Part shown: piece after piece, positions 1 through 13,181 of the stretch
Numbering within the stretch: position 1 is the first letter of the stretch
Layout of the letters: the number at the start of each line of letters is the position of its first letter
Translations under genes and position numbers: made by a program
Notes under the pieces: generated by a model
Databases searched by the model: none
What the model was told of the DNA's origin: nothing
The model's input: only the letters and a program-made list of their open reading frames with translations
Source of the DNA: Guillardia theta CCMP2712
Taxonomy: Eukaryota > Protista > Cryptophyta
DNA: 64,000 nucleotides
Assembly: GCF_000315625.1 (NCBI RefSeq)
Contig: NW_005434658.1
Coordinates: forward strand, 108,535-172,534
Reading direction: 5' to 3'

Positions 1-439
1 CGTTCCTGTTTGACGTCAGCAAGGAGAGGAGGGAGAGGAGGAGGGAGAGGAGGAGGGAGAGGAGGAGGGAGAGGAGGAGGAAGAGGAGGAGGAAGAGGAG
101 GAGGAAGAGGAGGAGGAAGAGGAGGAGGAAGAGGAGGGAGACCAAAAGGAGGGGCAACGAGGAGGAATGAGGAGGACGGGAAAGAGTTTAAAGGGGGAGA
201 TTGAGGCTGCGGACGATGATATGAGGGATGATAGGAGGGCAACGAGGACAAGGAGAACGACAGGACAGCTCTGAACAAGCAAGAGAAGGTGAGGGTGAAA
301 GGTGGGGAGAGGAGGGGTGGATGAAGGAGCACAGGTGGAGAGGAGAGGAATGGAGGGGAGGGGAGAGGAAGGGAGGGGAGGGAAGAGGAAGGGGGGGGAA
401 GAAACGAGGGGAGGGGAGAGAAGGGGAGAGGAGGAGGAG

Positions 440-780
440 GTAGAAATACCTATGATGAGGGGGCCAGTGACTGTGCAGTTACAACGACACCCGTCAAGAA
501 TGGCCTGAGTGAAGAAAGAAAATCAGGAGCAAGTACACCAACATACCTCCTGCTCTCCCCGTCCCTCCCTCGCCCCCCTCTTCTCCTTCCGCTGCGTCAT
601 GTTCACTACCAAGGATCCTGCCTTTCACCTTGCCTCCTCCTCCTCCTCCTCCTCTCCTCTCCTTCTTCTCCTTAGCAGTAGAGAATTCATTCTCCTCGTT
701 GTGTTCTCTTCTTACGTCCACTTCATCCCCACCCTTGCCCCTTCTTGTATGGCTTCGCCTTCATCGACCCTCTCATTTCC

Positions 781-850
<70 letters not shown>

Positions 851-877
851 AAGGTATGGGAGGCCTAACTGCTGGAG

Positions 878-925
<48 letters not shown>

Positions 926-1602
926 ACTCCTGCTCCTGCTCCTCCCTCTCTCCCTCCTCCTCTCTTTGCATTTCTCTGCCTTGTCCTTCCTCTGCGCGAC
1001 CTGTCTTTGCATCCGGATCGCTGCTCCTCCGAAGATGCAAATCCTGCTCACCAGAGTGACCGAAAAGAAGATTGAAATCATAGAATTGATTCAAGGAGGC
1101 GAGGCGAGGCGAGGGAGATGAGGGGAGAGGAGAGGAGAGAATGGGAGGGGGGAGGAAGGGAGAGGAGAGGAGAGGAGAGGAGAGGAGAGGAGAGGAGAGG
1201 AGAGGAGAGGAGAGGAGAGGAGAGGAGAGGAGGAAAAGGAATGGAAAGAGAAGAGCAGTGGAATTTTCTTACCACATCAAACTGACGATCATTGGACCCA
1301 CAACACCGGCGAAGACCAACTGATCGCGTTCAAGTCAGGCTGAGGAGAATGAGAGGGGCGGTAGGGGAGGCAGGGAAAATCATGAGGGAACGAACGAAAG
1401 AGGTAGAGGAAAGACAAACAAGCAAGCGAGGGCAAAAAATGAAAAGCAACATGCACAGTAGTGGTACAAGTAGGAGGAGAAAGAGGTGTTGGTGGTTGCA
1501 GCGGTGGTGCAGGAGGAGGAGGAGGAGGAGGAGGAGGAGAAGCAAATGCAGCAGCAAGAGCAGCAGCAAGAGCAGCAGCAAGAGCAGCAGCAAGAGCAGC
1601 AG

Positions 1603-1646
<44 letters not shown>

Positions 1647-3349
1647 CAGTCTGCTATGACCTCTCTTATGCTTCTTCCCTTGGAGATCTTTGCTATCCAC
1701 AGCCCGACCACAGGAGCAAGAGACATCCACCATCCCCAGTACTACTCCCCGTCATCCCCTCCTTGCCGTACCCTCCGTCCCCCCCCGGGGTGCGACTGCT
1801 GGTAGTACCCGAACCAGCCGTTGCCTGCCCACCCGTCGAACCAAGGGGAGAGTCGACTTCGACCTGACGAANNNNNNNNNNNNNNNNNNNNNNNNNNNNN
1901 NNNNNNNNNNNNNNNNNNNNNNNNNNNNNNNNNNNNNNNNNNNNNNNNNNNNNNNNNNNNNNNNNNNNNNNNNNNNNNNNNNNNNNNNNNNNNNNNNNNN
2001 NNNNNNNNNNNNNNNNNNNNNNNNNNNNNNNNNNNNNNNNNNNNNNNNNNNNNNNNNNNNNNNNNNNNNNNNNNNNNNNNNNNNNNNNNNNNNNNNNNNN
2101 NNNNNNNNNNNNNNNNNNNNNNNNNNNNNNNNNNNNNNNNNNNNNNNNNNNNNNNNNNNNNNNNNNNNNNNNNNNNNNNNNNNNNNNNNNNNNNNNNNNN
2201 NNNNNNNNNNNNNNNNNNNNNNNNNNNNNNNNNNNNNNNNNNNNNNNNNNNNNNNNNNNNNNNNNNNNNNNNNNNNNNNNNNNNNNNNNNNNNNNNNNNN
2301 NNNNNNNNNNNNNNNNNNNNNNNNNNNNNNNNNNNNNNNACCATTAGGTTCATGATGTACCTGATGATGCAGAAACTAGTTCATTGGGATAGAGGGACAG
2401 GCCAGGGGGGGAGGAGGAGGAGGAGGAGGAGGAGGAGGAGGAGGAGGAGGAGAAGGGTGATGATAGAGAAAGAAGGAAAGAGAAAACGGAGGAGCAGAGG
2501 CAAGAGGAGGAAGAGGAAGAAACAAAAGGACAGGTGTTCAGGCCATCCAAGTATGAGGAAGGAGGAAGAGCAGGAGCACGAGGAGGAGCAGGAGCATGAG
2601 GAGCAGGAGCAGGAGCAGGTGCAGTAGGAGGAGGAGGAGGAGGAGGAGGTGCAGTAGGAGGAGGAGAATTGTGACCAGGTATCGTCCAAGAAGAGAACAG
2701 TGAGCGCCAGGAAGGAAGCGATCACCTGGAACACTCAGAGTCACATCCAAGGGAACGACCGCAGGACACGTACCACAGCCAGGTGAGTGAGATACCTCGA
2801 CCCTCCGATGACCCCAGACAGTGACAAGACAGCGAGGAAGCAAGGGGCCCAGATAATGACCATCTGCAATGCGATCATCGTCTTTCTGGCAAGTTCGTGC
2901 TCTGGTTACCAGGGTCTTGTAATTCTGAATCTCCTTTCCATCAATTCCGATGTACGGAATTTTCTGCTCAAAGTCAGGATCGAAGGAGACAAACAATGAT
3001 ATCTTGTTCGAAAACATCACTAATTCGATCATGGGATCTGATACAATCACATTTGTTGAAACACACGTCTGAGGTATAAATGCGTTTGACACTGGAGTTC
3101 AATCACCCGTTTTCATAGTTGATTCCTGCTGCAACCTGAATGGCCGCAAAGCCAACCAAAGTGCTGACTCCTGCGGTCACAGACAAAAATAAGAAATTCA
3201 ATCTGGATGTCCCACGGGTGAAGAACACATGTAGAAAGAATCAAGCATTGTTTGATTATCACGATGGAAATGATAAAACTTGATTTGAAAATTATGGACA
3301 TGATGATGGAGTGATGATTATGATGATGATTGTGATAATGATTGTGATA

Positions 3350-3406
<57 letters not shown>

Positions 3407-3432
3407 GTGATTATGATGATGATGATTATGAA

Positions 3433-3477
<45 letters not shown>

Positions 3478-5426
3478 AACGGTGACGATAGAGATTAGAC
3501 GATGATAATGTTTTGGTAGCATCAATGATGACGTTGCCTTTGAGACTTACCGACAAAGGAGACAAGAGCGGAAAGGATGTCAATGAAATCTCCCAACCAC
3601 CCGTAGATGTAATCCTTGACGATGGGGTAGAAGGCTGATCGCATGGCGAGCGGGAGACCAAATCTTGAAAAACAGTGAGCGAGCTCTGTGAGCACGAAGG
3701 AGACGACAGGGGAGGAAGCAGAGGCACGACAAGGGAGGAGCAGGCAGAGGAGAAAGTAGAGGCACGACAAGGGAGGAGCAGGCAGAGGAGAAAGTAGAGG
3801 CACGACAAGGGAGGAGCAGGCAGAGGAGAAAGCAGAGGCACGACAAGGGAGGAGCAGGCAGAGGAGGAAGCAGAGGCACGACAAGGGAGGAGCAGGCAGA
3901 GGAGAAAGTAGAGGCACGACAAGGGAGGAGCAGGCAGAGGAGAAAGTAGAGGCACGACAAGGGAGGAGCAGGCAGAGGAGAAAGTAGAGGCAGGACAAGG
4001 GAGGAGGAGGGAGAGGAAGAAGTAGAGGCAGGACAAGGGAGGAGCAGGCAGAGGAGAAAGTAGAGGCACGACAAGGGAGGAGGAGGGAGAGGAGAAAGTA
4101 GAGGCAGGACAAGGGAGGAGGAGGGAGAGGAAGAAGTAGAGGCAGGACAAGGGAGGAGGAGGCAGAGGAAAGCCATATGCCTGTATCTGGCAATCGCAAG
4201 AGCGATCCCCACGAGTGCAAAAGGGACCCAAGCATGAATGCCGAAATGGAAGTAGGATAGCATCAGAGCCTGTAAAGCAGTCAGAGGGCAAACTCCCCCT
4301 TTCAGCGTTACTTCTTTCGATGCAAGGTTGTACGACATGAAAGACTGGCCCTGCAAGAGGTTTCAGTTCTCGTCGATACAGCCCTTGCTATGCACATTCA
4401 AAGATGGCAAATTGAATCAGGTGGAGAGAAAATTCCATACAACACGTTGAGGATGTGATAGAAAGCAACGCGGCGAGTCGGCATGAACATTGGAGATGAG
4501 CTCAGACGACTTGAGGGAGGGAGGAGGAGAGTCATTGTCGTGCTCGTCTCACCATGGCGGTATATCTCACGGACTGTTCTAAGTGGTAGATCGGCTCTGA
4601 AGCTCCGAACATGAAAAGAGCTATTCCCATACCCGTGGAGAACTGCATCTTACGTCACGACTGAGCAATGGCTCATGGAGGACTACCATCATCAGGAACC
4701 AGGAGATGTCCGAGTACTCAGGTCTTGTGTCCCTCTGGCTCTCCCCGAGTGTGAAAGTGCCCCACCGCGAGTAGCACAGCCATATAATGAAAATGACCCA
4801 TACCTGCGACAAGCTCACTCACACGGAGAGGAAGCCCGTTGAGCTCCCACGTTCTCGCAGAGGTAATAGAGCCATAGGAAAGTCGACAGAATCTGACGCT
4901 TCCACCACCTAGCAGCCAGGTCAAACTCAACCAAACCTCTCTATCTCCCCTCCTCCTGCTATCGCTCTTCTTCCTCGCTTCCTTTCCATTCGTCTCATCC
5001 CTCCTCTCATCTCCTTACCATATCTGTCCCGAAAACTCAACAGGAACCGCGATACACGCCACTATGAAAGCCCAAATGATCCCAAACGCAAAGAACGCGA
5101 CCTGAACCAAGAGTCAATCCTTCCTACCTCCAGTGATAGATCCGACGGAAACAGACTAACTAGACCAGCTATGCTCGAGCACAAGCTACAGAGGGAGCGT
5201 CTGAGCCGATCGAGGGCAGGAGCTCGTGGACAAGGTCCACTCGAGAGCAAAGAGCGGGAGAGGAGTGAGGGAGGAAGTGAAGTGTAGTTAACAAAGGGAA
5301 AGAACTTCCGAGGACGAGGAGGCGACGAGAGGCGGGGGAGGGAGGAGGAGATCTTACCACGGGGTTCAACGCGAGGTCCAGAGGAGGGAGACGGAAGGCG
5401 CGCGGAGCCCCGTCGAGCCTGCCCAT
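440..5426 (-). CDS. BCCT-family (betaine/carnitine/choline) transporter, multi-exon; 3' end probably continues beyond the window start
   Basis: Spliced minus-strand exons give BCCT motifs: YSRWGTFTLGE..RPEYSDISWFLMM / FSTGMGIALFMFGASEPIYH (~4580-4800), SYFHFGIHAWVPFALVGIALAIARYR / FGLPLAMRSAFYP..GDFIDIL (4280-3560), YYWGWWMSLAPVVGLWIAKISKGRSIREVI (~1745-1655). Start and end approximate. Confidence 0.9.
3312..3478. repeat. (GAT)n intronic microsatellite, representative of many simple repeats: (CCTGCT)n 781-850, (GAGAG)n 1160-1230, (GAT)n 34020-34150, (CT)n 29447-29565, (GTCCT/GTGCT)n 29950-30130, (GCAGGA)n 42374-42488, (GTTGAT)n 42834-43005
   Basis: Directly visible tandem repeats, mostly between recognisable exons. 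Confidence 0.95.
3705..4170. repeat. 38-bp minisatellite (~12 units) inside a BCCT intron
   Basis: Unit gaggagaaagtagaggcacgacaagggaggagcaggca; gaggcacgac recurs at 3721 and 3759 (period 38); no unique spacers. Confidence 0.95.
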
Positions 5427-5817
5427 GGCGGGAGTTCGAAAGATGACGGAGAAAAAAGCGGCGCCAGAGTTTGACTCTTTTTTTTCTTTTTCTTTGACTC
5501 TTTTTTTTTCTTTTCTGTAAAAGGAAAAAAAGAGTCCCCGCCCCCACAACTAGGATCCGATTCTTTCCAGACCAGCATCGACGAGTCACAAGGAAGACGA
5601 GGAACCGGCGTTCCGAGTCACGTGAGTTGAGCTCATGCTGGCAGCAATTAAAAATGATTCATGATTCAAGGACTGACTGGAGCACCCGCGGAAGAAACAG
5701 AGAAGAGTCAAATGATTTAATGATCGTTGATGAGATTAACGGTTTGTGCTACTGATGGAGATAAGGAGTCTGATGGTGTCCATGAAGTAACCTTAGGATG
5801 ACGTACAGCTGAGCGTT

Positions 5818-6405
5818 CTACTTCTTCTTCTTCTTGTCGGGCTTGGTCAGGTCCTTGAGGATCTTGGCTTCGTTCTGAAAGACCAACAAACAGTCAGGAG
5901 CGCGAGATCTCGAGACGACCGTTGAACAAATAATCCCTCACCTTGACTTCACCGGTGATTGTCTTCATATCAGCCATCGCTTCCTGGACCTGCATCTGTT
6001 GTCACCGACGACATCGGCCAGCCTCTCGCGCGACGTTACCTCCTCCTCCTCGACCTTAGGATCAAAAGTCAAGGTCTTCTTCACAGTATCGTCCTTGCTG
6101 TCCTTGAAGGTGGCAAACGCAACCTGTCGTTGGATGACAATCAGGTGCTCGCGGATCCTCCTCCTTCATCTCCCTCCCACCTTGATGGCACGGTCGTCGG
6201 CGTTCTCCATACCAGGGCCGAGGGTGAGCTTCTGAGATCTGACGCTCTTCAAGATTCCTCTCTGCTTGTTGGTGAGAGGAACGTTCAAAAGCTCCTCCGA
6301 GTTGTCGCTGGACTGATTTGTAACCACGAATGCCAAAGTGCAGACTGCGAGCAGGATGACGGAGACGGCAGCTGCGATTTGCTGCCAGATAAACATCAGT
6401 GACAT
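5818..6405 (-). CDS. Small hypothetical protein with N-terminal hydrophobic anchor and Lys-rich C-terminus (about 4 exons)
   Basis: QQIAAAVSVILLAVCTLAFVV hydrophobic stretch; short GT-AG introns join ..DDRAIK / VAFATFKDSKDDTVKKTLTFDPKVEEE / VQEAMADMKTITGEVK / NEAKILKDLTKPDKKKKK*. Start codon uncertain. Confidence 0.6.
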
Positions 6406-7977
6406 CCAAGACGTGGTTCAGTTTAGTCCGGAGGAGATGACGGGATCGTACAAAACACATGCATAATGAATAAGCAAGACTGAATATCTAGGTTCTCCGC
6501 CTTGATTCATCAAGGACATCGGTGATATGTGGAGAAGTCTAACTGAAGACAATGTTGTGATCTGGTGCATTTCACATCTTACTGAGTGATGAAAGATAAT
6601 ACATGTTGAGATATCAAAGCTTCTAGTCTAGCTGAGGACGATAGGGCAAAAATGGAAGGCGCACAGTGAATGCTCAACTCCAGCTGTGCACTCGAGCTCA
6701 ATCCCTTACCGTTTCCTCTTCCTTCCCTTACATCTCACTCGCGCTCCTCATAAATCGCTGTCATCGTCCCCTCTGCCTACATCATCTTTCTCCCCCGCGC
6801 ATGTTCTCTTATTCCCGGGTGAGCTCCACCTCTCAGTGAATCATCATCAACATCGGCAGAGTTTGTCACAAAGGCAGCACTTCTATCTTCCCACAATCGC
6901 GATCACTCGCTGCATACCTTGCCGGAGCGAGCATTGCGCTCAACAGGTCGAACGAGGCTCTCAGTCAGCAGCATGGCAGTAGGTGGCGGTATCGTAGGGC
7001 CTTTGCCCGAAATAGAACAAGATAAACGGTGGGGTAGGGTCCTAGCCAACTTCACTGCCATCGAAAATATTCATTTTCTTTATTTGAAATTTAACTTTAG
7101 AATTCTAGCATGCCTGAATATAAAGCTGCCCAAGTACCTTCCGGTCCTCAAACGAAGTTGGCTCTAGGCTAGTACTGGAGGGTTCCGAGCCAAGTTTACT
7201 CAGCGGCACCCCGGTGATCGGACCCGGGCCCGGGTGTGACGGCCGGGCGCCGCCAGGCCTGCCCCCGGCCAGTGACTCGACTCTATGATGCCCGGCGGCG
7301 GGAGTCGCCTTTGCCTCCGGGGCAAACTTACTAATGATTGATAAGGGCCTTATACTTGTCACCGAGTCCTGCTCGGACCCTCAAAGAAGCGCGCGCCGGT
7401 AGAGGAAATCTTGTGACTCGGAAGTAGAGGCACGTTCATCATCGGACTTGGAAGCGCGCGTAGAGGAAATAAGCAGACTCGGGCACCGTTCATGACTCGT
7501 ACTGATTTTCAATTTACCTTCGAGTCACGTCGGAACTTACGGGAAGAGCATCTCAGTCATGACTCACAGAGTCAGTGACAGTGAGTCCGACGGACCGTCG
7601 GTCACTTTCAAGTGGCATGACTGATGGAAACACTGAAAAAACTGCCCGGCCCGATCGAATCCTAAGGTGACCCCCAGACGACCCGGCGTCAGGCTCCGGC
7701 GCCGGAGCCCAGGCGCTGCAGGCTTTGCCCACAGTCCCACGCCTTGAGGCAGTGATCCGGCGGACGCTGTCACGAGACGGTCGAAGTTGCACTGCACGTT
7801 CGCAACTTGACAGACCGAGTTACTCAAACTGAACTTGGAAACTGAAACTTTCACTGGCGAAATGGCGCCAGTCGAGAGATCGTCGTGTTAAGGTCCCAAA
7901 GTCCAGCCTGATCGCATGAGGAAGCCCAACGGCTCCTGAACTGTGACTATACTCGGAGACTGAGTAGCTCGCAGCCG

Positions 7978-10036
7978 TCACAGAGATCCGAAAGCAGAGG
8001 AGGAGCCTGATGGCAGGTCAGCCCGGCTCCGACGACTGTTGATGGATGACGAGGTTTCAAGGACTTGCCGTACCTGGCTGAAAGATTCTTGACTTAGCCT
8101 TGGGTTTGGCTGCCGCTGTACTCTCACTGGTTGTGCTCTGGGAAGGAGAATCAACCAGTGAGATGGAGGAGGAGGAGAAGGAGAGGAGGGGCAGGAGGAG
8201 GAGGCGCAGGAGGGGCAAGAGGGGCAGGAGGAGGAGGAGGTCGAAGAGGAGGACGAAGAGCAGGAGCAGGGGGAGGACGAGGAGGAGGAGGAGGAGGAGG
8301 AGGACGAAGTGGTGGAGGAGGGAGGGGGAGGAGGGGGAGGAGGAGGAGCCCCGTGCCTGTCTCTCTTCCTTGGCCAACTCGATGCTTGTCTTGCAGCGGA
8401 TACCCGCCAAGGAAGAACTACACGAGCGCAAGTCAACATTGCACCTGAGAAGCCTGCACGATCAAACCTGAAGCGAGATTTTGTTCGTGTACTGGCGCTC
8501 TCTGCAGTCGTCGGTCAGAGCCGGTGAATCGCATGTAAGACGGACTCACTTGGCACGTTGGAGTCTTCCGCCACAGCAGACATCATCTGCTCTTGGTCAA
8601 GGATCTCGTTCATGAGCTGAAAGAAAGTCACCACTCCCCTCACAGGCTTGTCCCGACTTCCACGACCTGGGCACGAGCCTTGATGTCTAAATTCGTCTTG
8701 TCCAGAAGTTGTAGCCCTGAAACGTGTCAGCCTTCACCGCATAACCTCCACTCTCTTCACCAGCCATCGCTTTCTTCAGGATCGTGCAGATCGCTGGGTC
8801 GGTGTTCTGCGGAGCCTACAGGTGTATGTCAAACTTGTGGTTGAAAACGAGCAAAACACAACATCGCTTAACGGTGTCCGGCCATCAACATTCTTGTGGA
8901 AAGGATCAGCTCCATTGCGGAGGAGCAGCTCGACCATGTTGACTTGTTTCTGCCAGTGGAAACAAAAACTCAGAAATCGCTGTAAAGAAAGGATACAATC
9001 CCATTACCGACGAGATGATTGCATAGTGCAAGGCCGAGTCAGAGCTTGTGTTTTGCAAGGCAACGGATTCTGAGCCCAGCTCAGAACGAGCACCAGAGGG
9101 TATGAACTTCACCTGGATTCTTCTTGAGTAGCAGCTCTGCAACTCTAATGTGGTTCTGCATGTGCATTAGTGTCGTCTACCCTGAAGTCCCTCCGGTGTT
9201 GCCTCTTGTACAGCGCACATCAATGGCGTCAATCCGTCGAAATTTCGACAGATCGTCGATGCTCCTGAATGGTTAAAGATCTTTCATCACATAAACGACC
9301 ACAACTTTGCTTTCTCGAGATCTCTCACCGCAATCTTCAATCAGAAATTTGGTGATTTCCACATGCCCTTCACCACAGGCATAGTGCAGCGGATAATATC
9401 TTTCATTTCGCCCACAATCAGCAGACTGCAGGCGAACACTTGAAGAAACAATTTGAAGAGTACCCTTGAGCATCGCGGACTTCTATGTCGCTCTTGGACG
9501 CAACGAGCAACTGCCAATCGTAAACCTCTACTCTTACTACACCTACAGTCTACCTTCAGGACTTCCATCTTGTTTGCAAGAGAGGCAAGATGGATGGGGA
9601 GGTCCTATCAAGCAGCGTGAGTCGCTCAGTCTCTCGATCACAACCTAGGACCTTGTTCTCATTGCCCATGGCGATGTCCGCCTTATGCTCCAGCAGCAAC
9701 TTGGCCACTTCTGTCCGCCCCCTGCGAGAGCATGTATCCCAGCGAAAGCAACAGCAAACGGATCGAAGACCTGTAAGCTGCTAGATGCAATGCTGTATTG
9801 CAACCATCGTCCCTGCGAAGAACAACTCAACCCTCATCAACTCCCTTGTTATCATCCCTCTGAAACCATGCATCCCACTTCCATCCCACCGGTATCACCA
9901 CAGCATTCATCCAGCCCTCGCTTGCGCTCTCTCCTATGACATACTTGAAGTTCACGGAGCAGGAAGCTTCGAGGGCTCTCCTGGCTGCCTCCACGTTCCC
10001 GGCCTCGGCAGCCTGCAGCAGCGCTTTCCCCGACAT
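7978..10036 (-). CDS. Ankyrin-repeat protein, multi-exon
   Basis: LLQAAEAGNVEAARRAL; NTALHLAAY / GRTEVAKLLLEHKADI; HLASLANKMEVLK; YPLHYACGEGHVEITKFLI; DGLTPLMCAV; MVELLLRNGADPFHKNVDGRT. 3' end approximate. Confidence 0.85.
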
Positions 10037-10955
10037 GACTGGCGCCGCAATGGAGGGATCCGCGGAAGTTGGTAGAACCGATATGGCCGTTATGACCGTT
10101 TCATCGAAACCGTCACCCGGTGGCCTGACACAGTGACTCGGACCGTGCCGCCGCCGCCATGCCGGGCCACGGATCATGATCGGCGCCGCGCCGGATAACA
10201 GTGATTGAACGGCAGCGGCGTCACAACTGTCAGGAGGCTCGGCGCTCACCGTACGGTACGCGCCCGCCGGGCGGCCCGGGCCGGGCCGCCGGGCCCGGGG
10301 CGCCGCGGCCGCGGAGGCCGGCCCGCCACTGGGCCCACCGTGGCTGGAAGGCCCGGGCCCCGGCCGGGTGACTCACTGCGGCGACTCGGAAGGACCTGAC
10401 TGTCAGTCGGAGGCTCGGATCATCGCCGCGGTCACCGGGTGGCCCGGGGGCGGTCAGCGGGCCGTCGGAGTACGGTACCAGTACCCGGTACTCCGCCGGC
10501 GCGCCGTCGGGTCGCACCGAGTCTCAGACGGTACGGTACGGTAAAGCGGCGAGGGGGCCGGCGCGCCTGGCGGCGGGCCGCGGACCGTCACTAAAAACTT
10601 TGGCTTCCCCTACTCTCCGAGTGATTGTCCTCGCCGGTACCGTCACTGATTTTCAACTTAACGGACTCCGGGAAGTTTGAGTAACTTTCAAAGAAGTAGT
10701 AAGGCGTCAGTTGCCATGTTAAGCCCAGCCTCTCCCTTCAAGTCCGGGCCGCTGGTAAGTTGAAGGCTGCATGACAGCGGATAAGTTGCGCGAGGAATCA
10801 ACTTGAAAAAAGAAAATCTTAATCGTCAGGTTTCTGCAGAGCACTGTACCTATTTTACTACATCGGACATGTATTTTTTTTGAAGATAACCGACGAGACC
10901 GCCTTATAAGTCAGTGCGCAACAGAAGTTTCTCTCACCATCACAACGAACGCAGC

Positions 10956-11480
10956 ATGCTCGCAAGCTACGATCTCTGCTCCTGCGATGACGACTGTCTG
11001 GTGTGCTCCATGACCCGGACTTTCTCGCCTCCCGTCCCTCCCCCTCCTACCCAGCGCCCAAAGAAGTCCGACAAGTGGACCCAAGACAGGAAGCAGCGCC
11101 ACAAGCTCTCCTGCAGGAACAAGAGCAGGCTCAGCCTCCAGGACAAGATGGACATCGTGTCGCTCTTCTACAGCACGATGCCGTCGTCGTCGACGCAGGT
11201 GGTCACGCAGAGCTCCATCGCCAAGATGTACGGGAAGAGCCGCTCCGCCATCTGCAAGGTCCTCAAGTCGAAGCAGGTTGAGGCCTTGCTCCGCAAGGTG
11301 GTCATGGCCGGGCAGGGGCTGCCTGCTGGGGTCATGGGGAGAGAGCGATGGTCAGAGGCTGAGGCCTTGCGGGAGGCGGAGATGCCAAGGGTGAAGAAGG
11401 AGGAGGGGGCGGAGGAGTCTACTACACGGGCTTACACGGAGGCGTATGAGCTTTGCGACAGCGGGAGGAGCGATTTGTAG
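10956..11480 (+). CDS. 174-aa intronless CENP-B N-terminal/psq-type helix-turn-helix protein, copy 1
   Basis: RNKSRLSLQDKMDIV..TQSSIAKMYGKSRSAICKVLK resembles the CENP-B/Tigger N-terminal HTH pattern (RxxLSLxxKxxII..xxIAxxYGxxxSxIxxIxK). N-terminal CxCxxxCxxC cluster; no DDE domain. Confidence 0.75.
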   Translation: MLASYDLCSCDDDCLVCSMTRTFSPPVPPPPTQRPKKSDKWTQDRKQRHKLSCRNKSRLSLQDKMDIVSLFYSTMPSSSTQVVTQSSIAKMYGKSRSAICKVLKSKQVEALLRKVVMAGQGLPAGVMGRERWSEAEALREAEMPRVKKEEGAEESTTRAYTEAYELCDSGRSDL

Positions 11481-12656
11481 GGCTACATGGGGGAATGTAG
11501 ATGAGAGTGAGGGGCTGTAGGGCGAGTAGGGAGGAGGAGGAAGCGAAGAGGATGAGCGAGTAGAGGGAAGGAGAGCGTGTACATGTATACGCGTGTTTGT
11601 AATTAAAAGCATGTTGTCTGTGAAGGTTGAGAAACAATATGACGAGCCGGGGAGAGATACCATGCTGAATGCATAGGGTTGGATGGTTTGGATACGAGGC
11701 TTGTGAGTTAAATGAGCTTTAGTCGTGGTCTAGGTGGGATGGGACTTGCCTGCTTGGATCAGATGGCATGAAGGAATTGAGTGAAACTTGGAATTGTGGA
11801 GCACAGAGGACATTAAAGGAAGGTCATGCAGAAATGATATAAGTCGCATGTAAATGATAATGATGAGGGGGCATGTCAATTGAATGTCAAGGGCTCGGCA
11901 TCGTAAGGACTGGGGATGAGTCAAGTTTTTGCGTCTTCCTTTCCTCGTGAAAAATTCAGGTGAAGAACAGGAGGAAACGAAATATCCATTCATCGATGGT
12001 AATGGACAACTCATTGATAAATGAGATGAGGGTCACCAAGTTGTAATGTGAACATCGTATCTCCAAGACACGAAACAGGAATTTGCCAACTAGACACTCG
12101 TTCACTTGTCTTCTGTATTCAGATACAGCTTATCGCTTACAAGTCAAAACAAATAAATTTATCGGGGATGCTAATAAGGCTTGATACCAGGCACGCCGGG
12201 TGGTCTGGTCGACTCAGATGGTGGGCAGAAGAGGAGAACGAGGAAGAGAGCCTGCGAGGATGAGCGAGTAGGAGGAGGGGGGCGGGAGGGGGGCAAGGAA
12301 GGTACGGCTGCTGGGGAAGGAATGCGAATTTTGGACTTTTTTACCACCAAGAGTTATCAACTTTACTACCTAACTTTGACCATTTCTTTTTTTGTTGACC
12401 AAGGGCAAGTCAAATCTCAGGTTGCTCTTTCAAAATCTCAAATATCCCGAGCAAACTTCAAATTACCTTGGCTCAGGTTCGAGGAACGGTTTGGGCCTCA
12501 AGTTTCTTTTTTGAAGTTGACGGGCAAGCATTTTAAGTGTTTCCTTTTAAAGTTTTATTTTGATCCTGAGATACCACTTATCGATACTGTACCTCTTGCC
12601 CCCCCCTTTATATCAGTGCACGATGGAATTCTCGTACCATCACAACCGCGATCAAC

Positions 12657-13181
12657 ATGAGCACATGCGCCAACTGTGGCTCCTGCGATGACGACTGTCT
12701 GGTGTGCTCCATGGCCCGGACTTTCTCGCCTCCCGTCCCTCCCCCTCCTACCCAGCGCCCAAAGAAGTCCGACAAGTGGACCCAAGACAGGAAGCAGCGC
12801 CACAAGCTCTCCTGCAGGAACAAGAGCAGGCTCAGCCTCCAGGACAAGATGGACATCGTGTCGCTCTTCTACAGCACGATGCCGTCGTCGTCGACGCAGG
12901 TGGTCACGCAGAGCTCCATCGCCAAGATGTACGGGAAGAGCCGCTCCGCCATCTGCAAGGTCCTCAAGTCGAAGCAGGTTGAGGCCTTGCTCCGCAAGGT
13001 GGTCATGGCCGGGCAGGGGCTGCCTGCTGGGGTCATGGGGAGAGAGCGATGGTCGGAGGCTGAGGCCTTGCGGGAGGCGGAGATGCCAAGGGTGAAGAAG
13101 GAGGAGGGGGCGGAGGAGTCTACTACACGGGCTTACACGGAGGCGTATGAGCTTTGCGACAGCGGGAGGAGCGATTTGTAG
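12657..13181 (+). CDS. 174-aa CENP-B/psq-type HTH protein, copy 2
   Basis: Same as copy 1 from codon 9 onward except 2 nt; the N-terminus is MSTCANCG instead of MLASYDLC. Confidence 0.75.
   Translation: MSTCANCGSCDDDCLVCSMARTFSPPVPPPPTQRPKKSDKWTQDRKQRHKLSCRNKSRLSLQDKMDIVSLFYSTMPSSSTQVVTQSSIAKMYGKSRSAICKVLKSKQVEALLRKVVMAGQGLPAGVMGRERWSEAEALREAEMPRVKKEEGAEESTTRAYTEAYELCDSGRSDL

Noticed and set aside
10-1733. Many low-complexity ORFs (poly-S/L/E/R, APAP, CSCS) here and throughout the ORF track
   Set aside because: They are translations of intronic microsatellites or antisense shadows of real exons.
10914-13181. Intact pogo/Tigger transposon
   Set aside because: Only an N-terminal HTH is present; no DDE domain, terminal inverted repeats or target-site duplications seen.
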